From assembly GCA_965240325.2 (NCBI GenBank), contig OZ251241.1, positions 434,001 through 498,000 of the forward strand: 64,000 bases of DNA. The letters run 5' to 3'. The position numbers and the translations under genes were made by a program. This DNA is from Rebecca billardiae RCC1528 (Eukaryota > Protista > Haptophyta). Shown piece after piece: positions 22,036 to 32,598 of the stretch (positions are counted from its first letter, which is position 1; the number at the start of each line of letters is the position of its first letter). A model generated the notes under the pieces. The model saw only the letters and a list, made by a program, of their open reading frames with translations. It did no database searches and was not told where the DNA came from.

Positions 22036-23363
22036 GTGTGGACCGGGCTCTCGCTGGGAGTCGCTGGCCAAACGACGCTCGTGCTTCATCATTTGAATCT
22101 GCGTGCTCGACGTGTGCTGCTCGCGACCAAGGAGCGCGTCCTGGGAGCACGTGCAGGAGAGCAATACGGAGACGAACATGCGCAATATGGTGGGATGGGC
22201 ATCGACAACGACTGGACACTGTCTCCTTCCCCACCCGTCGCTGCCATCTCGCCCTCGGACGTGCCCGCGACGCCTCTGCCGCAAGGGCCAGCTGCCGCCG
22301 ACCAACTTGCGGACCGCTGTGCCGGGCATGACGAGGTCCAGGGCGCGGCAGATGATGATGCACGCGTGCCCATGGGTGTGTGCGACCCGACCGAGGTCCC
22401 TGCCGGCACCGCCGAGGGGCTCGCCTCCTCCGCGGACGGCCTCGACTGTGAGCAACCGTGCAGGCCCGAGCTACGGCCTGACGTCAACGTCAGCGCGCAG
22501 CAGCTCGAGGAGACGGCGGTGGCGGCGCGCGCCATCCACGTGCTACAGCCTTCGACCAGCTGGCGCGTGGCCGGCACTCGCCCGCGGTACGCATCGGTGC
22601 TCGACTTCATGCTCCTCGACCTCCTCCGCACGCTCGTGGTCTCGTGGAGCTCATGCTTGAGAACTTGAAGAAGCACAAGCCGTTGGTCAGAGTGTTCACC
22701 CCTGCGTGCGCCCAGACCGCGCGCGACGGTCGGACGAAGAAGCCCAAGGCGCTCACGCTCGTCTGCGTGGATGCGCTCGGCATCTCGTTGCGCCACGACT
22801 CGCCGCGGCTCGAGGTGATCGGCATCTGGCTGATGACCGTGCACAGGTGGTGGAAGGGCAAGCACGAGGACATGGAGCGCATCCTGAGCCGGAAGCAGGG
22901 CGCGTCGGCGGCGGAGAGGAAGGCGGAGCTGGATGTCGACGACACGTCGCTGGGCGCCGGCGACGACAGCTGCCCCTTCCGCGACCTCTACTCGCCCCCC
23001 GACGCCAGCGCGCCGCGCGCGTCCGCAGCAGGCCGCGTGCAGGTGCAGCTGCACGAGCAGCGCGTGACTCCTGCTGAGCACGCGATCATCTTGGAGCAGC
23101 AGGTGCGCCTGACGGAGCAGCAGGTGGAGCTGAACTCGTCGCGCAAGGCGATCGCGCGCGCCGTCGCCGACGCTGCGCGCGCCAGCTTGCGCGCCAACGC
23201 AACCGAGCGCAGCGCGCGCGGGGGCACAGATCGAGCTGCGGCCGAGCGGGCTGCCATGGCTGCCGACTGCGCCGAGTTCGAGCGCGAGAGGAGAGCGCCG
23301 GAGCTCGAGGGCGAGCGCGCGGCGAAGCGCGCGCAGTCCGCCGCAGTACTGGTGGACCGGTGA
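22036..23363 (+). pseudogene. Frameshifted hypothetical ORF (possibly TE-associated), coiled-coil C-terminus
   Basis: Two coding-like ORFs (22036-22668 and 22644-23363) overlap at acgctcgtggtctcgtggagctcatg. A 1-nt shift would join YASVLDFMLLDLLRTLV to VELMLENLKKHKP. No recognisable family. Confidence 0.4.
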
Positions 23364-23925
23364 CGCCCTCGCGTGGGCTAGGGTACGACGAACGGCGACG
23401 ACGCCGGTGACACAGAGCACGGGCACGGAAGTCGCCGAACGGACCGCGGCAAGCTCGGCGGCGGCGACTGCTAGTCTGCGCACGCAAGCCTCGATGGCGG
23501 AGGACTCTCTCACGACTATGGGGATGGTGGCATGCTCAGAGGTGGGCTTGGTAGTGTGCTTCGGCACGCAGCCCGCCGCCCGCATCAGGTCCGTCCGGGC
23601 CTGCTGCGGCACGGTTCGAGTGGCATGAGCCCGCGGTCTCCGCGCGGCGGCGCGGCCTATTCGGATGACCCGGCACGAATAGTGAACAAGGTACCCCCAT
23701 ATTGACAGCACCCTGAATATATATTTAAAACGCACCCGCGTTATATAATAAACGGGTAGGCATGCGCATATATACGGGTACGTGTCTCTAATTAAATGGG
23801 TAACATGCTCGATCTTGGAGTAGTTTTTCCTCGCCCTCTACGCGCACTCATCGTGCCTTCTAAAAATCAGCAATTCCACCGTAATTTTATTTGGGCGGGT
23901 TGCAACGGTTATGAATAAGTATGTT

Positions 23926-24230
23926 CGACGATATACCGTCATTTAGCCGCCATAACAAGTCGTTGACGTTTGGCTGAATCTGTATGTGACACAGTGGCGC
24001 AGCTGGCGCGCGCGCACGACCGCGTGACGGCACGCGGAGTCGGTTTTGCGTGCTTCTGACGGCTGGGCTGGGTTCCGGGACATATTTGTGGGTGCCTTCG
24101 CAAGCGCCTCGCTCGTCAGACACCTAAATCGCATAGTTGTCGAAAATCACAAATCAGTGGGCTGCTGTCACATGGACCCCCTAGATCCCGCCCCATCGGA
24201 TCCGACGGCGAGGTTAGATCAGCAGACATC
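23926..24230. repeat. Diverged interspersed repeat, copy B (uninterrupted homologue of 13187-13503 + 21284-21335)
   Basis: Same orientation and colinear blocks of identity with copy A. Confidence 0.75.
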
Positions 24231-24768
24231 AGTCAGCTGCTGGCGCAGCAGCGGCATGATGTCACAATATATATATTATTGTCACATGGCCGCATTATGA
24301 TTTATTATGACTAATGCTACTCTACTGCTACTAGTAGTAGTACGTAGTATCATCATAGTACGTACCGCTACTCTACCTGAGTACCATGCTGGCCGGACCG
24401 TCACCGCGCATCATCCGCGGCCGATCCGATAATGATGACCGATGACAGCGCATATATGTATATATGATGACGACGTATTGATGATGTCGATGACGCCTTA
24501 GTAGTTGTAGGACCGTACACTCTGACTCGGTACAGTCTACAGACGAAGTTCTCGGACCATCCGGGCCGGGCCGGACTGTGTGCCTGTCAGCTGGAGTCAC
24601 GGCACGCGTCGTCTTGGGCGCATGCGCCGATGTGATGCTTTACCCAGCAGCCGGCGGGCGGGATCGCGCGGACGCCTGCACATTCGCCGCAGACCCCTGT
24701 GTCGGCCGTGCGCCGGTGGGGCCGGCGGCCAGCCTTCACGCTGCAGTCTCAGCGCATGATGCCTTTCG

Positions 24769-25524
24769 TCATGCCGGCACCTCGACACGCAGCCACACCT
24801 CGTTGTCGCGCTTCCACGGGAGTGAGAAGAGCTCGTTGTACTGCGCGAGCACCAGTGTCTCGTCCACGTCCGGCGCGACCGCCACGCCGTCCGCCGCGAG
24901 CGCCTCCTTGGTCTCGTCGCGCAGGCCGAAGACAATGTCAGGTGTGGCGTACCCGCTGAAGCGCACGACAGCCACGGCAAACTCGGGCAGCGCGCGCGTG
25001 CGCACGAGGCCGCACGTCGGTGCGGGCGGCGGCACGGCGTCGGCGCCGTCGTCTTTGGGCGTATGCGGCGAGGGCAGCATGTACCGCATCAGCTTGGGCG
25101 AGCTGCACGGCAGCATCAGGCAGGGCGCCGTGCGCGGCATCGGCAGCCCAGCTCCGTTCTCGCCGCCCTGTGTGTACCCGTCGAGGAGCGTGTAGCCCTC
25201 GGGCCGCTTTTCGTACTCGCACTCAGCAACGTACATCGCCCGGTACCGCCGGAGCTGGTACTGCGCGCCCTCCCGCGCCGGCAGCACGTCGTAGCGCGGC
25301 ATCTGCACGCCGTACTTCTCCGTAATCTGCTCGTCTGTCAGATCCGCGTCGGCGTTCTTGCCGAAGCCGAAGAGCATGTACGGCGCGGCGCGCGCGGGGC
25401 GGGAGCGCACGCGGGCCAGCGCTGACGCCGGCCCGCGCGCGGCGCCTGCGCCGACGAGGAGCCATGGCGCGAGCAGCAGCGCCGTCCCGGCAGCGCGCGC
25501 CCGTGCGGATCTCGCCATCGGCAT
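24769..25524 (-). CDS. SOUL heme-binding protein, probably plastid-targeted
   Basis: Motifs MPRYDVL, YQLRRY, GYTLL.GY..G.N, MPRTAP, M.Y.LP, AVVRFSG.A, AQYN..F.LPW.R.NEVW. N-terminal signal peptide plus Arg/Ala-rich transit-like segment. ATG at 25524 or 25518. Confidence 0.88.
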   Translation of the reverse strand: MPMARSARARAAGTALLLAPWLLVGAGAARGPASALARVRSRPARAAPYMLFGFGKNADADLTDEQITEKYGVQMPRYDVLPAREGAQYQLRRYRAMYVAECEYEKRPEGYTLLDGYTQGGENGAGLPMPRTAPCLMLPCSSPKLMRYMLPSPHTPKDDGADAVPPPAPTCGLVRTRALPEFAVAVVRFSGYATPDIVFGLRDETKEALAADGVAVAPDVDETLVLAQYNELFSLPWKRDNEVWLRVEVPA

Positions 25525-25808
25525 TGTCACAAGAAACTTCGCGCCAAGCCGACAGTGGGGGGCGCGAGTCCGGATCACCGGGTCGGCGGTCGCAGGTCGT
25601 GGGTCCGGGACTCCCATTGCTTAGCACGTGGTCGCCGCGGGTGCGTGAGCACTTGGTGAGCAGCGCTGACGCGTGCCAGGCGTCGAGCCGGTGGCGTGTG
25701 GCTGGCTCGAGCGCAGCGGTGTCGCACTCGACGGCCCACGACGGCGCAGCATCGCCTGACGCCCCTTGCGCGGCCCTCGTCCGCCCGCGTCTTGCCCCGC
25801 AGGCAGCC

Positions 25809-26272
25809 ATGGTGAAGACGACAAAGGCGAAGAAGGGCTCGGTGGAGAACATCAACGCCAAGCTGGCTCTTGTGATCAAGAGCGGCAAGGTGACGATGGG
25901 GTACAAGTCGGTGCTCAAGACGTTGCGACAGGGCCGATGTACGCCCCGCCGCGCCCCCCCGCGCACGGCGGCCGCCCTCCGGAGCAGCGTGCGCGCGGCG
26001 TGGTGTGGAGCGAAGCGGCGCGGCGCTGACGCTGCGGTGCGCCTCCGCCCCGCCGCCACCCGCGCGCAGCCAAGCTCGTGATGATCTCGAGCAACTGCCC
26101 GGCGATCCGGAAGTCGGAGATCGAGTACTACGCGATGCTCGCCAAGTGCATCGTGCACCACTACTCGGGCACAAACGTTGCGCTCGGCACGGCGTGCGGC
26201 AAGATGTTCCGCTGCTCGGCACTCTCGGTCACTGACCAGGGCGACTCCGACATCGTCGCGGCGGTGGAATAA
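25809..26272 (+). CDS. RPL30: 60S ribosomal protein L30 (eL30)
   Basis: Exons 25809-25938, 26070-26272: [69 protein letters not shown]...[19 protein letters not shown]. Probable 5'-UTR intron ending at cccgcag 25802. Confidence 0.97.
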
Positions 26273-27959
26273 GCGGGCAGCGCATGCGCGGACGGGGCGC
26301 GGCGCGTGGTGACGAGGCGAGACTTGCGGTGCGGCGCGCCGTGTGGCCAGCCGGTGTGACCACGGGAGGCGGTGGCGGCGGCGGGCCTGGGCAGCGCGCG
26401 AGGGCCTGCGCCGCGGCCGCAGTGCGCGGCCGCAGGCAGACGCCTGGTGCGCGCGGCGCGCTCGCGCAGTCGGGCGCCCGCGCTCACGCAGCTAGCGACG
26501 GTCGCTGGAGGCTGCGTGTGAGCGGGCGAGTGACGAGGAGCGCGTGTCGAGATGGCACGCAGTGCTGCGTGCGCAGCGCGGCCACCTGCATGACCGCGAC
26601 TCCCGAATCACACGGGCACGGCATCGACGGCCGAGCATCGTCATTCGGGCTTGTCAAAGTCGGGCCGACGCACTGAGGCGCGCTGAATCCTGGCATGGCC
26701 TGCCGAGTCTGACTGAACGTCACGAGTGCAGCGAGTCGCGTCATAAGCTGGACCGCATACGTGGGTGGCTCGGCTACCACTCGTTCAGTCTATTCATAAT
26801 AGGAACCTAGTGCTTATCTCCTAAACCCCTGGACGGGTAAAAACGGGTCCCCCCCCCCCCCCTGTGTATTCCGGGAGGCCGCGACCACTGTCGACGCTGA
26901 GTCCGGGCGGCATCGCCAAGCGGCGGCTGGAGGAGCGACGGGCGCGTGAGCGTGGCGGCTCGCGGCTATCACCGGCCTTGTGGCACGTAGTCGCGCGTGT
27001 GCGCGCCGTCACATTGCGTGTACAACACCAGACGCTGACTCCCATGGCATTGCCACGCCCTGAAGACTGCCTCGGCACCTTGTGTCTGCGTTTAAATGCT
27101 CACGAAGCTGGCTCGCGGCGCTTGTGGCAGTGCCTAGCGTGCAAGAAGCTGCTACAAGTGGTGCCATAGCACTCAAGACCCGGCCGTCACGCATGGGGCT
27201 AGTCGGGTAGGCTAATCTGTGCTATGGGCGACCAGAAAAGCAGCTCGATCAGTGATCCATGACTCTGGAAATGTCGTGCGGCACACGCCGTTTGAAACGC
27301 GAGAGCGCGGCGCGTGCCTAACGTGACCTCTTTCAGGCGGCGTGCGGGGTCGGAAGTCCAGCGCGCGTGTACGTATGCATTGTGCATACATACCCCCACC
27401 TCCCCTAGCCATCTCATCGCGCCCAGGCTCCCCACATGTCGAGTCGGCTGGCAGGACGTGACCGCTCGGCACAAGCTCAAGCCCGCAAGTGGTTGCGCGC
27501 GCCAACCGCAAGGGCGACGAGCGAGGAGAGACATCAGCGAGCTGCTTTGTCGACGTTCCCCTACGTCTTGGGACCCGCCCCGCCCAGCGTGCCGCCACGG
27601 AACGCCCCGCAATCGACCGCTAGGACGCTCGGCGAGCACGCACCCACCGCCGCCACGGCAGCCGTCCCCCGAGCCAGGGGTGTAGGGGACAAGCCTAGTG
27701 TCAAGGATGGGCGGATGGGCGCCTGACTGCCTTGCGGCGAGAGTCACACGCACGCCATCTCACGTGACGACAGCAGAATGATCTGACAGAAGATGCCACT
27801 ACGGCCCGCCAGTGCCCGGACCACCTGGACCGGACGACCCGCTGCGTGGCGTGCAACCGCGAAAGCCTTGGCGCTGCAGGTGCAACGCGCTCCGGCAAGC
27901 TGAAAGTGTTGCAGAAGGGCTGGCGGCGAAAGAGAAGGAGAAGGGCCGCCGCCGGCCGA

Positions 27960-29690
27960 ATGCCGTCTACGCGCCGGGCGCGCGCGTCCGCCGCGCCAGC
28001 GGCGGCGGCGGAGCGCGAGGAGCCGAGCGGCAAGTCGCCCGCGCGCAAACCGCCCGGGGCGCGCGTGCGCTCGCCCGCCCAGACCGCCGCCGCGACCCGG
28101 CGCAAGCTCAAGGCGCAGGCGGGCGCGCCCGCCGTCACGATCGACTTGATCTCGCCCTCGCACGGCGCGGCCGAGGGCGCGCCGGCGGGCGCGGGCGCGG
28201 AGGATGAGGCGGAGGGCGGGGGCAGCGGGCCGCCCGCAGGCCGCCGCTCCGGCCGCCTCGCGCGCCAGGCGCGCGCCGACCCGCACGAGGTGCTGCTTGT
28301 CTACCCGGCGGTGGGCGCGCGCGGCGCGATCACGCTCACGCGCGACGACTTCGAGCGGATCCGGCCGGCGGCGACGGCTCGCGCGGTGGACACGGAGCGG
28401 CTGCGCTTCAACGACACGATCGTCGACCTGTGGCTCAAGTACGTCGAGGCCGAGACCCGCCGCACCAGCCCCGCGCACGGCGCGCGCTGCAAGTTTGTCA
28501 ACTGCTTCTTCTACAAGCGGCTGCGCGCCGAGCACGGCCGCGCGCTCGAGGGCGCCAAGGGTCGGGGCGCGGAGGCGCGCGCGCCGCCGGCGGGGCAGCT
28601 CGCGGCGACGCTCGGCTCGAAGAGCACGCTGGCCGAGTGCGCCGCCCTCTTCGAGAAGGACTTTGTCTTTGTGCCCGTGCACGAGCCGCACCGCCTGGGC
28701 GGCCACTGGACGATTGCCGTGATCTGCCATCCGGCTATGGCCGTCGAGCACGCGGTGGCGGCGGGCGCGCTGCCCGGGCCGCTGCTGCCGCACGTGCGCG
28801 CGCAGGCGGCGCGGCAGGCCTCGCAGCACGCCCACGTGCGCGACGCGCGCCCCGCGCCGTGCATCCTCTACCTCGACTCCGCCGTCGAGAACCGCTCCAA
28901 GGCGCTCTTCAGCGTGCTGCGCGCCTTTCTCGGGGACGCGTACGGCGCGCTCTGCGCCGCGGCGGAGGTGGGCGGCGGCGAGGGGGGCGGGGCGAAGGAG
29001 GAGGCGAAGGAGGAGGAGATGCCGCCGGCGCAGGACGACGAGGACGACGCGCAGGCGGAACGCGCGGCGCGCGCCGACGACGCGCCCGCGCACGCCGGCG
29101 CCGCGGAGCCGGATGGCTCAGGCGCCAACGCGGACGGCGGCAGCGGTGGCGCCGACGCCGCCGCCGACGACGACGCCGACGACGACGACGCCGACGCGCC
29201 CGCCGAGGCGGGCGCGGCGAACGGCGGCGCGGCCGGCAAGCGCGCGCTGCCGGGCGCGCAGCCACTCGCTCGCACGCTCACCGCGGCGAGCGTCGCGCCC
29301 GACGGGGCTGACGCCAACGCCGAGCCTGGCGGCGGCGGCGGCAGCGGCAGCGGCGGGCTCGGCGGCGGCGAGCGGCGCGGGAGCGGCGGCAGCGCGGCGC
29401 CCAACCCTCCGGCCGCGCCCGCTGGGCCGTCGCACCACGCGCCGCCGCCGCCGCCGCCGCTGCCGCCGCCGCCGCCGCCCGTGCACCCGTGGGCCGCCAA
29501 CGCCGCCGCGCTCCCCGCCGACGCGGGCTCGATGAGCGTCCCCGGCGACCCGGGCGGCGGGCACGGCGGCGGCGCCGCCGCCGTAGGCTCCGGCCTCGGC
29601 CTCGGCGGCGGCGGCGCGGGCGGGATGGGGAGCGGCACGGGCGGGCGCGGCACGCCGGTGCCGGGCCAGCTGCCGCTGCCGCCGCCGATG

Positions 29691-29730
<40 letters not shown>

Positions 29731-30357
29731 TCAGCGGCGGCGGCGGCGAGGGCCTCAGTCCGGGCGCGCAGCCGCCCGCGCCGCCCGCGCAGCCCGCGCC
29801 GCCGTCGATGGCTCTCGCCTCGGCGCCGCTGCCGCCCGCGCGCATGGGCCCGCCGCCGTCCGTGCGCGCGGCGCGCGCGGCGGCGCGCGACGGCTGGCCC
29901 CCGCCGCCCGCGTGCGCGCGGCTCGACTCTTTCGCCTCCGCGCCGCCGCCGCCGCCGCCCGCCGACTCTGTCTCCACACTCGGGCTCGGCCGCTCGGGCG
30001 CGCCGCACGGCCACGCGCAGCCGCCGCCCGCGACCAAGTCGACGCTGCGCTCGGGCGAGGCGGTGTCGGCGGTGGGCGCGCCGGGCGTGGAGGGCCCGAT
30101 GCGCTGGCTCCCGCCGGCGAACACGGTGGGCTCGAGCGACGGCGCCGAGCTCGCCGCGATGGGCGAGGACGGCGGCATCCACTTGCACGACGCGACCGCA
30201 GACTGGCCGCCCGCGACCGCGGATACTGACGACGCCGGCGGCGCAGCCGACGGCGACGGTGCCGCCGCCGAGCCCGTGCACGCGGCGGAGGCGGACGCGC
30301 CGGGGCTGCACGCGCGCGGTGGCGCGGAGGGCTCGGGGCTGGCGAACGGCGGCGGGC

Positions 30358-30406
<49 letters not shown>

Positions 30407-30570
30407 GCGGCGCACGGCTGGGAGCGCTCCCTCCGAGCCACGCGCGCTCATGCCCGCGCCGCCCGCGCTGCCGCTGCCGGCCGGCGGGCGGGCGCCCGCG
30501 CCGCCGCGCGTCACGCCGCCGCTGCTCACCGCGCGCGGCGCGGGCGGCGGCTCGGCGTACGGCGGCGCGT

Positions 30571-30603
<33 letters not shown>

Positions 30604-32074
30604 ACCGCGGCACAGTCTCGGTCGCCACGCCGATGATCGCCCTCGGCGCGCGCGCGGGCCTGGCGCGTGCGCGCGAGGATGAGGAGACGCACTCGGAGGC
30701 GGACGCGCGCGCGCCGACGGGCGGCGCGCCGGGCGGCGCGTGCGGCACCGCGGCGCACTCGCGCGCAGAGGGGACGACGACGGACGCGGAGGACTCGGCG
30801 CGCGCGCACGGCGGAGACGACGAAGACGACGGTGCGCGCGCGCACCGCGCGCACCGCGCTGCCTCCGCCGCGGACGCGGGCTCGGGCGGCGCGCGCGGTG
30901 AGGAGGATGCGACCAATCACGACACGGCCGACGACGACGGCGCCGCCGCCGCCGACGAGCTCGCGGGCGCGGGCGCGTTCGGCGCGCGCAGCGACTACGC
31001 CGGCCGCGCGCGCGCGCCGTCCGTGGTCGCGCGCGCCGCGGGCAGCGACGACGACGACGCGCTCACCACGGGCGGCCGCGCCGACGACGGCGCGCCCGAC
31101 TGGGAGCAGCGCGGCAGCGGCGGCGACGACGACGGCGGCGGCGCGGCGCGGCGCGACGCTCCGCCGTCGGACGCTGAGGACATGCGTGGAGAAGCCGAGC
31201 GGCGTGGCGCCGAGCGCGCGGCGCGGCGCGCGCGCGCGCCGAGCGACGGTGCCGCCGCGGCCGAGCCGGGCGGCGCGGACGCGGACGCCGACGCTGAGAC
31301 GCAGGACGGCGCTGCGGCCTGTGACACGGAGGAAGGCGGCGGCGGCGCGGCCGAGCGGGCGGAGGCGGAGGCGGAGGCGGCGGCGCAGCCGGGCGCAAAG
31401 CGAGGCGCCGCGCGCTCGCGCAAGGCGGCCGCGCGCGCGCCGAAGAGGCGGCGCGGCTCGGCGGACGGCTCGGCAGCCGCGGGCGCCGCGTGCGCGCTGC
31501 CCGCGCCCTCGTCCGCGCACTGCCCGGGCTACGTGCTCCGCCATGTGCCGCAGCAGACAAACAGCTACGACTGCGGTGCGCGCGCGCGCCGGGCCGGCCT
31601 GCCGGCCGAGCCGCGCGCGACCTCGCGCCGCCGCGCCCACTCGCGCCCGGCGCGCCCGGCGCTGATCCGTGCCGGCACCGCCGCGCGTGCGCGCGCAGGC
31701 TGCTACGCGGTGCACTTCATCGAGCTCCTCGCCGCAGGCCCTCCCAAGGATCTGACCTCGCAGGTGCGCGCGCAGGCGCCGCGCCGTGCCGTGCGCGCGC
31801 CCGCGCGCGCTGGCGCCGCGCCAGCCGGAGCGGCCGCGCCCGCGCCGGCCCGCTCAGCCGCCCTCGCCCGCGCGCGCGCGCCTGGGGCGCACAGGCCGCG
31901 CTCGACCGCGCGCTCGACCGCACGTGGTTCAAGGCGGCCGACATCGACCGCAAGCGTGACACGATGGCGGACAAGATCCTCAAGCTTATCGACAAGGCAC
32001 ACGCCGCGAGCGCAGACGCCAAGATGGTCGCGGCGACCGGCGGCCGCGCCAAGCGCGCGCGCGCGCTGCTCTGA
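27960..32074 (+). CDS. SUMO protease (peptidase C48, Ulp2/SENP6-7 type) with very large low-complexity insertion
   Basis: Motifs LLVYP..GAITLTRDD, FNDTIVDLWLKY, NCFFYKRL, LFEKDFVFVPVH, HWTIAVICHP, CILYLDS, then VPQQTNSYDCG|CYAVHFIE. Introns 31576-31698, 31764-31894. WF...DI..KR C-terminus. Confidence 0.85.
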
Positions 32075-32339
32075 GTCCGAGCCCTGGCTGAGTGAGTGAG
32101 TGGCGCGTGCGCGCGTAGTCAGCAGAGGGCGCTGCTGCGCCAGGATGATGCGCTGCATCGCCGTGGATCCGATCCGCCGCGTCTGCGCCACGGCGCCCAC
32201 GCTGCCTGACGCTGCGCGCCGTCGGCGTCCGACTACAGTCAGTGGCGCTCTGCTCAGATTCTTACGACGCGCTCTATGACGCGGTGACACTGGCTGATAT
32301 TGGCGCGCTATAATTGCTATAAAAATTCCGCGCACCATA

Positions 32340-32470
32340 GGTAATAATCTAATGCTGGTAATTAATTATTATAATATATATATATTATATAAGTAGTATA
32401 TATAAGTATATTAGTATATATATACTAATTATATATAATATTATAATATTATATATAATTATAATATAAG
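32340..32470. repeat. AT-rich degenerate (TA)n low-complexity tract
   Basis: Nearly pure A/T run between two convergent genes. Confidence 0.85.
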
Positions 32471-32598
32471 CGCATCATGCAGAAGCTAGCCGCCGATGAT
32501 AGCGCTGCTACACGACTATAGCTAGTCGCGCGATCGTAGTCGGTCATATCGATAGATCGTCGACGATCAGAGTTCAGACAGATAGCAGCGGCGGTTCA

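Noticed and set aside
26820-27180. Poly-C tract and a small ORF with CxxC (WQCLACK)
   Set aside because: Too short, no ATG context or family motif; at most a TE remnant.
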